Assembly: GCA_029932915.1 (NCBI GenBank)
Contig: JAOZPE010000001.1
Span: 32,222 to 96,221 of the forward strand
Source of the DNA: Candidatus Krumholzibacteriia bacterium
GTDB taxonomy: Bacteria > Krumholzibacteriota > Krumholzibacteriia > JAJRXK01
Direction of reading: 5' to 3'
Length of the DNA stretch: 64,000 nucleotides
Under the pieces are notes generated by a model, which worked only from the letters and a program-made list of their open reading frames with translations, did no database searches and was not told where the DNA came from. This document shows, piece after piece, positions 57,016-64,000 of this stretch. The stretch's first letter is position 1. The number at the start of each line of letters is the position of its first letter. A program made the position numbers and the translations under genes.

Positions 57016-59170
57016 AAGAAACCGCGGCCTTGCGGCCGCGCTGGCCGTGGCCATCGTGATCTCCCTCTTCCTCACCCTGTTTGCGGACGACGCATCCGCG
57101 CGGAGCAAGCCCTGGGAGAAGCTGCACTACCCGCCGCTGGGCACGGTGCAGGTTCCCAGCTACGAACGGCATGAACTGGACAACGGCCTGGTCGTCTACC
57201 TCATGGAGGATCACGACTGGCCGCTCGTGGAAGGCCGCTTCCTGGTTCGGACCGGTGCGGTCTATGAACCGGCGGGAAAGGTCGGTCTGGCCTCCATCAC
57301 CGGCGATGTGCTGCGGACCGGTGGAACCGAGAAGCTCAGCAGTGACGAACTCGATGAGACCCTCGAGGGCATGGGTGCCTACGTCGAGAGCCAGATCGAG
57401 GACACCGACGGCACCGTCGTGTTCTCCTTCCTCAGCCAGGATCTCGATCGGGGCCTCGAACTCGTCGCCGACATCCTGCGGCACCCGGCGTTCGAGCAGG
57501 ACAAGATCGACGTGGCCAAGACGGCCGAACGGGCGATGATCGCCCGCCGCAACGACGAACTCATGAGCATCCTGCAGCGGGAGATCCCCAAGGCGGTGTG
57601 GGGCGAGGACCACCCCTACGCGCGCTATCCCGAGTACGACACCATCGATGCCATCAGCCGGGACGACGTGGTGGAGTTCTACGGCTACTTCTATCACCCG
57701 GAGAACATGACCCTGGCCGTCTGGGGAGACTTCGACAGCCAGGCGTTGCTGGCTGCCCTGGAGAAGCGTTTCGCGGACTGGCCCAAGGTCTCCAATCCGA
57801 TTCCCCCGTTGCCCAAGGCGCCCGAACCGAAACCGCGGCGGGTCCTGGTGGCGGACAAGGAGGACGTCACCCAGACCTGGTTCGCCGCGGGTCATCTGGG
57901 CATGCGGATGGACGATCCCGACTACTACTCGATGATCGTCATGAACCGCATCCTGGGAGGATCGTTCGGTTCGCGTCTGTTCAACGAGGTGCGCAGCAAG
58001 CTGGGGCTGGCCTACAGCGTGGGGAGTTCGGCCGGAACCGGCATGGCCCACGAGGGCGCGTTCATGGCCTATTGCGGCACGAAGAACGACACGGTGAGCG
58101 AGGCGCTGAGGGCCGTGCTCAGTGAGATCGACAGGATGCGCGACCAGGAGGTGAGCGACGCGGAGCTGAAGCGGGCCAAGGAGGCCATGCTCAACTCCTA
58201 CGTGTTCAACTTCGAACGGAAGAGCCAGACCCTGAGGCGTCTGCAGCGCTACGATTTCTTCGGCTATCCCAGCGACTTCCTCGAGCAGTATCCGGACAAG
58301 ATCCGCAGCGTGGACAAGGCCGCGGTGGAGGACGTGGCGCAGCGCCGTATCCACCCCGAAGAGTTCGCGATCGTGGCGGTGGGGAAGAAGAGCGAGTGGG
58401 ACAGCGATCTCAGCGAGTTCGGGCCGGTCGAGGAGCTGGACATCAGCATTCCCGAGCCCAGCGCTCCGGATTTCCCCGCTCCCACGCCCGAGACCATCGA
58501 GCAGGGTCAGGCCATCATGGCCGCGGCCCAGACGGCGATGGGTGGGGAGAAGCTGGCGCAGATCAAGACCGTCCATCGCAAGGACGATGTCACCTTGTTC
58601 GTACAGGGCATGGAATTGAAGATGTCCATCGAATCGTGGACGGCCTATCCCGAACGCAGCCGTGCCGATATCACCCTGCCGATGAATCAGGGGGTGTTGA
58701 AGCGCGGGGTCTCGCCCAAGGGAGCGTGGGTCGATCAGCCCGGCAAGGGAGTGATGGATCTGGGCGAGGATGAAGCGGAGAAGTCCCGGCGGAATATCCT
58801 CGAGGACAGCCACTACCTCGTCGGCCACTTCGGCGATTTCCAGGTGCAGGCCCTTCCGCCGGAGACGGTCGGAGAGGTCCAGGCCGATGTGGTGCTCGTG
58901 CGTCTCGATGGCGACAGATGGATGAAGTTCTACTTCGATCCGCAGTCGCACCTGCTGCTGAAGGACGCATCGATGCAGCCGAACATGATCACCGACATGG
59001 TGGCCTTGCAGGAGTCCAGCTATTCGGACTGGCACGAGGTCGACGGCGTGCTCTATCCGTCGAAGGTCCATATCGTCCATGGCGGAGAGCCATTGATGGA
59101 CGTGCAGAACACGCTCCTGGAGCTCGATCTTCCCCTGGACGATTCCCTCTTCGAGCCGCCGCAATCCTGA
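57005..59170 (+). CDS. M16-family peptidase, non-catalytic partner subunit with ~250-aa C-terminal beta-rich extension
   Basis: It has an M16 fold but no HxxEH. The N-terminus has a signal/TM segment. The region after ~470 aa is unrelated to M16. Confidence 0.7.
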   Translation: MRARRNRGLAAALAVAIVISLFLTLFADDASARSKPWEKLHYPPLGTVQVPSYERHELDNGLVVYLMEDHDWPLVEGRFLVRTGAVYEPAGKVGLASITGDVLRTGGTEKLSSDELDETLEGMGAYVESQIEDTDGTVVFSFLSQDLDRGLELVADILRHPAFEQDKIDVAKTAERAMIARRNDELMSILQREIPKAVWGEDHPYARYPEYDTIDAISRDDVVEFYGYFYHPENMTLAVWGDFDSQALLAALEKRFADWPKVSNPIPPLPKAPEPKPRRVLVADKEDVTQTWFAAGHLGMRMDDPDYYSMIVMNRILGGSFGSRLFNEVRSKLGLAYSVGSSAGTGMAHEGAFMAYCGTKNDTVSEALRAVLSEIDRMRDQEVSDAELKRAKEAMLNSYVFNFERKSQTLRRLQRYDFFGYPSDFLEQYPDKIRSVDKAAVEDVAQRRIHPEEFAIVAVGKKSEWDSDLSEFGPVEELDISIPEPSAPDFPAPTPETIEQGQAIMAAAQTAMGGEKLAQIKTVHRKDDVTLFVQGMELKMSIESWTAYPERSRADITLPMNQGVLKRGVSPKGAWVDQPGKGVMDLGEDEAEKSRRNILEDSHYLVGHFGDFQVQALPPETVGEVQADVVLVRLDGDRWMKFYFDPQSHLLLKDASMQPNMITDMVALQESSYSDWHEVDGVLYPSKVHIVHGGEPLMDVQNTLLELDLPLDDSLFEPPQS

Positions 59171-59199
59171 CGCCCCATACGGACTTCCCTGCGCCGCCA

Positions 59200-59345
59200 C
59201 GGCGGTGCAGGGAAGGCGAGAAAGGGCGAAGAGGGGAAGGTGAAGCGGCGAAAGGGAAGAGTGGATGCGGTGAAGGTCGCCGGGGGAAGGGACGACAGCA
59301 TGGGACAGAAGGAAAGGCCCGGGACCTGTGTCCCGGGCCTTTCAA
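59200..59345 (+). ncRNA. Candidate CsrB/RsmZ-like small RNA: ~110-nt polypurine tract with at least 8 GGA motifs ending in a strong terminator hairpin
   Basis: caGGGAaggcgagaaaGGGcgaagagGGGAaggtgaagcggcgaaaGGGAagagtGGAtgcggtgaaggtcgccggGGGAaGGGAcgacagcatGGGAcagaaGGAaagg is followed by a 13-bp perfect stem (AAAGGCCCGGGAC-ctgt-GTCCCGGGCCTTT), then caattc. It lies in a 540-bp gap with no ORF. Confidence 0.35.
59313..59342 (+). terminator. Strong stem-loop terminator-like hairpin (13-bp perfect stem, 4-nt loop)
   Basis: See the sequence above. It could terminate the M16 operon and/or the candidate sRNA. Confidence 0.55.
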
Positions 59346-59484
59346 TTCGTGCGAGCCGCCTCGAAGGCTGTCCCGGATTTGAAACGTGGTTAGCCGAACC
59401 GAGTGGCCAATGGGAGGCAGCCCGCATCACTGAGCATAGTCGACGCGCTGGGCCGTGACCAGAAGAAATCGCAGCGAAAGAGCC

Positions 59485-59513
59485 CGGCCGGGGCGAGAGT
59501 TCTCGCCCCGGCC
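59485..59513. terminator. Second GC-rich stem-loop (GGCCGGGGCGAGA ... TCTCGCCCCGGCC)
   Basis: It has a ~12-13-bp stem in the same ORF-free gap. Confidence 0.4.
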
Positions 59514-59706
59514 CTGGGCTTCCTTCTTCTGCGGCCGCTTCACTGGCAGATTGGCGAGCATAGCATATTACAAGAGAACGATTTAGGTTGTCTGTCGAAA
59601 TGGCAGCGCTCTGTCAGGTACGCGGGCCGGCCGGGCCACCAGTCCAGTCGGGCAACTTCCTCTGCGGCCGTCCGTAGAAGGAGTAGACTCTGCGGGAGGA
59701 TGGACC

Positions 59707-59982
59707 ATGTGGGATCTCTTTGCTGTTCTCATCGGCCTGGCCGCCGTGGGCGTGGTGGCCATGATTGCGCTCTTCGTTCTCAAGCTTCTGGTGGGCTTGA
59801 TTCTCTTGCCGCTCAAATTGGGACTCATCCTGGTGAAACTCATCGTCGGGGTGGTCCTGGGTGCCCTGGCGTTGCTGCTGCTTCCCCCCTCGCTGCTTCT
59901 CTTGTTCCCGCTGCTCCTGCTCAGCCTGATCGCCCTTCCCTTCCTCGTGCTTCGCCTCCTGCTCGCGCCCTTCTGGCTCTGA
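59707..59982 (+). CDS. Small (91-aa) extremely hydrophobic Leu-rich membrane protein
   Basis: A GGAGG RBS lies 6 nt upstream. It has three predicted TM helices. The sequence has very low complexity, so it could be spurious. Confidence 0.35.
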   Translation: MWDLFAVLIGLAAVGVVAMIALFVLKLLVGLILLPLKLGLILVKLIVGVVLGALALLLLPPSLLLLFPLLLLSLIALPFLVLRLLLAPFWL

Positions 59983-60028
59983 CCGGGCTGGCCCAGCCAG
60001 GACGAGAGGGGAATCCCTGCGGCCTTGT

Positions 60029-60817
60029 TCAAAGGGCGAAGGGTTTGGGGCCGTCCGCGGCCGGCTCGACTCCCAGGTGGTGGGCGATACTCGGAGCGAT
60101 GCGGTAGTCGTGCAACTCGGCTGGCCAATCCGGAGACCCCTCACCGAACAGGATGAGCATCGCCTGCTCGGGGGGGGCGACCTCGGGGTGCCCCATCGAG
60201 GCCTGCTCGTCCTGGAAACTGTGACCCTTGCCGGCCAGAGCCAGAAGGGTCCCCGGGCGGGCTGGAGGCTGCAGGGCCGACGGACCGCCGGCCTCGATCC
60301 ATGCCTGCAGGAGTTCGCCGTGGAGGACGCGTTCGACGCCGCGCAGCCGCAGCAGACGCTCCCGCAGAGCGCCGACGGCCTCGGGGGGTGCCTCGATGCG
60401 CAGGACCGCACTGTGGATCTCGTGGGGATGGGCCAGGGGAGGGAGGTCGATCTTCCGGCCGGCCGGCTGCAGGCCCGGTCCCCCCACCACCAGGTGGGTC
60501 TGCCCAGGGGAGGCCGCGTCGATCTCGCGACACAGGCTTTCGTCGAAGCGACGGGCCGCCTCCAGCCGCTCCGGAGAGTCCAGGCCCCATCTCTGCGCAG
60601 CCTGCGCGATTCCTCCTTCCTTTTGCAGGCGGAGACGTCCGGGAGGGATCGATTCCAGGCCTCTGAGGACGACTCTCTCCAGGGTCTCGCTCAGGCAGGG
60701 GAAGGAGCAGACCAGCCCCGCGCTTCGGCGGGCCCGCTGCTGCAGGCCGGGCATGGCGCCTCCCTCCAGCAGCCTGCGTGAGAGACCCGCCACCAGATGC
60801 AGGACCAGGTCGGTCAT
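60029..60817 (-). CDS. Hypothetical protein with alkaline-phosphatase-superfamily-like C-terminus, translationally coupled to the upstream gene
   Basis: The start ATG overlaps the upstream stop (ATGA) and a GGAGG RBS lies in the upstream coding end. C-terminal ...HDYRIAPSIAHHLGV resembles the D[IV]APTIL..LG motif of AP-superfamily enzymes. The 60029..61147 track ORF is a 5' read-through. Confidence 0.35.
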   Translation of the reverse strand: MTDLVLHLVAGLSRRLLEGGAMPGLQQRARRSAGLVCSFPCLSETLERVVLRGLESIPPGRLRLQKEGGIAQAAQRWGLDSPERLEAARRFDESLCREIDAASPGQTHLVVGGPGLQPAGRKIDLPPLAHPHEIHSAVLRIEAPPEAVGALRERLLRLRGVERVLHGELLQAWIEAGGPSALQPPARPGTLLALAGKGHSFQDEQASMGHPEVAPPEQAMLILFGEGSPDWPAELHDYRIAPSIAHHLGVEPAADGPKPFAL

Positions 60818-63090
60818 CGTGATCCCTCCTCCCGGTCCGGTTGACCTTCCCTCTTTCCTCTGGTGGAAGGGGAGGGGAGGTCCCCGGCCGAGCTGTCCGG
60901 AGAGTTCGCGCCGGCCATCGCAGGGGGCCACCAGCGGTAGTGCCAGGGTTCGGGATGGTACAAGCCGCGGTCCTCGGGATCGGGGGGATAGCTCAGGCGA
61001 AAGCCCCATCGCTGTGCGTGCGCGGCCAGCCAGCGGCCCTCCTCGGTGGCGGCGAAGCCGGGTTCGAGCACCTGGCGCAGCTCGGCGTCGGCGAAGTCGA
61101 CGGTGGTTCCCAGTTGGTGTTCGCTGGCGCCCGGCGGCGCCACCCATCGTTGATGCTCACCGTGGCGGGCCTGTGCACTCCGGTAGAGGACCTGCTGCCG
61201 TTGCCACGAACGGAAGGCGCTGACCACCCGCAGCTCGATGCCCTCCCGGCGGGCTGCCGCACACATGTCCATCAGCGCCTGCTGTGCCGGCGCGCGCAGG
61301 AGCAGACCCTTGCGTGAGGCCGGAGGCACGGGGATCTCCACCAGGTCGGAGGGAAGGTAGCCGGCCGCGAGTCGGTGCCGGGGATCGACGAGAGCCAAGG
61401 ACGGGTCCGGCGCTTCGGCGGCCACGCCCAGACTGTCCAGCGAGGATGGGTCCGGGGCGTCGGTGGCCACGTCCAGGCTCTCCGCTTCGGCACGGCGGGT
61501 CGTCGGAGGTGTGGCCCGCTCGGGAGGGGACTCTGGAGCCCTCGGCTCCTCGGGCGTCGCCGGGCTCTGCACCTCGTCCAGCGGAGGCAGGCGCAGGAGG
61601 ACGGGTCCCTCCGGGTGTTCCTCGATCACCGTGCAGCGGGCGAGCAGGCGGTCCCAGTCCGCGCCATCCACCCACTTGCTGTGACGTCCCTGTCCCAGGG
61701 CCAGGATGGTGGCGCGCCGAAGGGGGGCCATGCGGCGCAGTCGCTCGAGGATCTGCGGACTTCGGGGGAGGAACACCACCTCGCGCCGACTCTCCCACGC
61801 CAGATGGGCGCTTTCGGTGAAGACCGCGGCCAGGGGGTCGCCGGCGCGGCGCAGTTTCTGGACCACCGGTGCCGGCGCCTTCCGGTAGGCCGGAGGCCAG
61901 GCGTCGAGGTCGTGCAGAGGGGAAGAGGCCAGGCCGGGAGGGAGGAACCATCCGGCCGCCACTGCCGCCGCGGCAAGGGCCGCGAGCGCAGCAGGGGAAC
62001 TGAGCCGGCCGCCGAGCCGGGCCAGGCCGGCTCCCGCCCAGAGGCAGACCACCGGCAGAAGGGGAAAGAGGGGGCGAAACTCGGCGCTGAAGGGAGCCAG
62101 CACGATCGCCACCGCGGCGATCACCAGGGCGTCGCGCAGGGCCAGTCGCCATTCTCCCGCCGCGCCGTACACGGCCAACGCCGCCACCGGCCAGGCGATC
62201 CAGGTGTTCAGGTGCAGCAGGTGCATCTTCACGCGGTGCAGTCCCAGGGCGACGACCTCGCCGCTCCGGCTCGCCATCACCTGCCAGGTGGGCTGTGGGG
62301 TCAGTCCGCGGTAGGGCCCCAGGCCGCCGGGATCGTCGAGATTGCGGGCGAGTTCGGCGTAGGACTGCAACAGTCCCAGAGGATGCCCACTCAACAGCCA
62401 CAGGCGCAGGTGCCAGGGCACGACGGCCGCGGCCGCACCCAGGACCAGCCAGCCCAGATGGCGGCGATCGTAGCGATCCCCGCGGGCGGCAAGGGCGGCG
62501 GCGGCCAGCAGCCACCCGGTCGGATGCAGCAGGGGAAGCAGTCCGTAGAGCGTTCCACAGGCCAGATGGGCCAGTGCTCCGCCGCCGCGCGGCCTCCAGC
62601 TCCAGACGATCAGGGTCAACAGGGCCAGGGCGATCTCCGGCCCGCCGCCGAGCAGAACCCTCCAGGTGGTGAAGGAAGCAGCCAGAGCGAGGGCGGCCAG
62701 CCCTCCCGCTCCTCCGCCGAAGGCCTGATCGCCCACCGTCCGCATCCAGTAGAGGAGGGCGGCCAGGAGCGCGGCGGCCAGCCAGACCCCGGCCCTTGAA
62801 CCCGCCCCCGCGGCCACCACCGGGCTCAACGCGAGGGGCCACAGGGGGGGACGCGTCAGGTTGTCGGGAGGGAAGCTTCCCGCTCCGGGGAACACCATGC
62901 GCAGCGGGTAGACGATCAAGGGCCGCAGGCCTTCACCCTGGGTGGCATGCCAGGCCCGTCCCACGTAGTCGTAGCGGTCCAGATTCGGGGGAGGGTCGAC
63001 GCTCACAGCCCAGCTCGCCGCCAGGGCGGCGGCGGCACCGGCCAGCACGAAGAGAACGAGCGAGAGACGCCGTGCCCGCTCAGGCCCCAT
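60814..63090 (-). CDS. Fusion protein: N-terminal polytopic ArnT/PMT-like (GT-C fold) glycosyltransferase domain plus C-terminal VanY/M15-type D-Ala-D-Ala carboxypeptidase domain
   Basis: The N-terminal ~450 aa have 10 or more TM helices and Asp-containing loops typical of GT-C (DPPPNLDRYDYVGRAW). The C-terminus carries the VanY motifs (VVSAFRSWQRQQVLY, PPGASEHQLGTTVDF) plus a ...WHYRWWP tail. Confidence 0.65.
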   Translation of the reverse strand: MGPERARRLSLVLFVLAGAAAALAASWAVSVDPPPNLDRYDYVGRAWHATQGEGLRPLIVYPLRMVFPGAGSFPPDNLTRPPLWPLALSPVVAAGAGSRAGVWLAAALLAALLYWMRTVGDQAFGGGAGGLAALALAASFTTWRVLLGGGPEIALALLTLIVWSWRPRGGGALAHLACGTLYGLLPLLHPTGWLLAAAALAARGDRYDRRHLGWLVLGAAAAVVPWHLRLWLLSGHPLGLLQSYAELARNLDDPGGLGPYRGLTPQPTWQVMASRSGEVVALGLHRVKMHLLHLNTWIAWPVAALAVYGAAGEWRLALRDALVIAAVAIVLAPFSAEFRPLFPLLPVVCLWAGAGLARLGGRLSSPAALAALAAAAVAAGWFLPPGLASSPLHDLDAWPPAYRKAPAPVVQKLRRAGDPLAAVFTESAHLAWESRREVVFLPRSPQILERLRRMAPLRRATILALGQGRHSKWVDGADWDRLLARCTVIEEHPEGPVLLRLPPLDEVQSPATPEEPRAPESPPERATPPTTRRAEAESLDVATDAPDPSSLDSLGVAAEAPDPSLALVDPRHRLAAGYLPSDLVEIPVPPASRKGLLLRAPAQQALMDMCAAARREGIELRVVSAFRSWQRQQVLYRSAQARHGEHQRWVAPPGASEHQLGTTVDFADAELRQVLEPGFAATEEGRWLAAHAQRWGFRLSYPPDPEDRGLYHPEPWHYRWWPPAMAGANSPDSSAGDLPSPSTRGKREGQPDREEGSR

Positions 63091-63688
63091 GGCGGGAACC
63101 CGGGGAATCCAGCGGGATGCCCTGGGCGCACAGGGGACACTGCGAGGGATCCCAGGTCTGGACCTCTTCGGTCACGAGAGCGTGGACCGGCACGGGCAGA
63201 TCGACGCCTGCCTCCCGTCGGTCGACGATGACCGCGATGCCATGCACCGTGGCCTCGGACGCCTCCACGAGGGCCTGCATCTCACGGAAGGAGGTCCCTC
63301 GGGTGAGCACGTCGTCCACCAGCAACACCGACTCGCTCTTGCGCACGGAGAAGCCCCGCCGCAGTTGGAGATGGCCGTCCTTGCGCTCGCAGAAGAGGTG
63401 GCGCCGCCCCAGGGCCCGCGCCACCTCATGGCCGATGAGGATGCCGCCGACCGCCGGTGAGAGCACCAGGTCGTATTCGAGTTCGTTGCAGCGCTCCGCC
63501 AGCAGTCGTCCCAGTTCACGGGCCAGCTCGGGGTACTGCAGGACCTGGGCGCACTGGAAATAGCGGTTGCTGTGCAGGCCGCTGCTCAGTTGGAAGTGGC
63601 CCGTGAGAAGGGCACCGAGCTCGGTGAGCCGGTCGGCCACATCTTCCGGTCGAAGGTGTTCATCGGGGGGGAGCCCACGAGAAGCCAT
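63080..63688 (-). CDS. pyrE: Orotate phosphoribosyltransferase
   Basis: LLTGHFQLSSGLHSNRYFQCAQVL and the PRPP-binding loop (VLLVDDVLTRGTS) identify it. Confidence 0.8.
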   Translation of the reverse strand: MASRGLPPDEHLRPEDVADRLTELGALLTGHFQLSSGLHSNRYFQCAQVLQYPELARELGRLLAERCNELEYDLVLSPAVGGILIGHEVARALGRRHLFCERKDGHLQLRRGFSVRKSESVLLVDDVLTRGTSFREMQALVEASEATVHGIAVIVDRREAGVDLPVPVHALVTEEVQTWDPSQCPLCAQGIPLDSPGSRHGA

Positions 63689-63805
63689 GCTATTCTCCTG
63701 ATGAGCGGATCGCCGGTCGTGTAACGGGTTTTCACCCTACACCGGCCCGACCCTTCCGTCCACCGTCCCCCGCGCGGTCTCGTTCGGCGCAGGGCGTCCG
63801 GACGG

Positions 63806-64000
63806 TCAAGCGTGCGCCATCTCCTCGAGGATCGCCCGCAGGGCGGCCACCGGAGCGGCGGCCCGGGTGAGCGGCCGGCCGATCACCAGCAGGTCGGCGC
63901 CCGCTTGCAGGGCCGAGGCCGGGGTGGCCACCCGTCTCTGGTCCTGCGAATCGCTGCCGCCGGGCCGGATGCCCGGGGTGACCAGGAGCGGATCGCCGCC
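63806..64000 (-). CDS. pyrF: Orotidine-5'-phosphate decarboxylase, C-terminal fragment (gene continues beyond window)
   Basis: The minus-strand translation ...[63 protein letters not shown] matches the conserved PyrF C-terminus (VTPGIR..G....DQ.RV.TP..A...GAD.LVIGR). Confidence 0.65.
   Translation of the reverse strand, partial: GGDPLLVTPGIRPGGSDSQDQRRVATPASALQAGADLLVIGRPLTRAAAPVAALRAILEEMAHA

Noticed and set aside
60811-60820. Apparent 1-nt frame inconsistency between the two minus-strand ORFs at the ATGA junction when read from the line labels
   Set aside because: This is most likely a display or line-length artefact rather than a biological frameshift. Both proteins translate cleanly across the junction (..DREEGSR* and ..GGGITMTDLV..).
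1-64000. CRISPR arrays, tRNA/rRNA genes, IS elements, integrases or phage genes
   Set aside because: I found no short regularly spaced direct repeats, no GTTCGANTC-type tRNA T-loop contexts in the intergenic gaps, and no transposase- or integrase-like ORFs. The only repeats are intragenic (the Ig/OB module duplication and the 63-bp coiled-coil repeat).

Overview
This is a 64-kb, very GC-rich (~68-70%), gene-dense bacterial chromosomal segment. I support about 55 protein-coding genes and found no rRNA, tRNA, CRISPR array or recognisable transposon. Signal peptides, lipoprotein motifs, C-terminal Phe outer-membrane beta-barrels, a DsbD and a CtpA protease indicate a diderm (Gram-negative) organism. 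A FlgD-Ig/T9SS-type C-terminal sorting domain and PorV/FadL-like outer-membrane proteins hint at an FCB-related or candidate-phylum lineage, but I cannot assign a phylum. Most of the window is housekeeping: dsbD, the RsmI, RlmB and RsgA RNA-modification genes, apbC, trkAH, nadE plus a separate nitrilase-family gene, tmk, pyrE/pyrF, HU, two ptsN paralogs, a CtpA protease, a pair of M16 peptidases and a four-gene ABC transporter. The most interesting region is a tight six-gene plus-strand operon at 15.8-26.7 kb. It combines (i) a ~945-aa secreted protein built from a triplicated bacterial-Ig/OB-fold module with a T9SS/FlgD-Ig-like C-terminal domain, (ii) two PorV/FadL-like outer-membrane barrels, (iii) an unprecedented fusion of two ComEA-like helix-hairpin-helix DNA-binding motifs to a ~650-aa outer-membrane beta-barrel, (iv) a lipoprotein carrying a ComEC-type metallo-beta-lactamase domain and (v) a UshA-like 5'-nucleotidase. 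I interpret this as a competence-derived, cell-surface extracellular-DNA capture, degradation and nucleotide-salvage system that to my knowledge has not been described. Secondary points of interest are a stand-alone Hsp100 D2-only AAA+ ATPase with an upstream repeat operator next to a bactofilin, and a low-GC TerY-like vWA gene with an AT-rich promoter island. Others are a GGA-rich polypurine tract ending in a strong terminator hairpin (CsrB/RsmZ-like sRNA candidate), and an ArnT/PMT-like glycosyltransferase fused to a VanY carboxypeptidase domain. Local coordinates read from the line labels may be off by about 1 nt in places; I found one such inconsistency near 60.8 kb.
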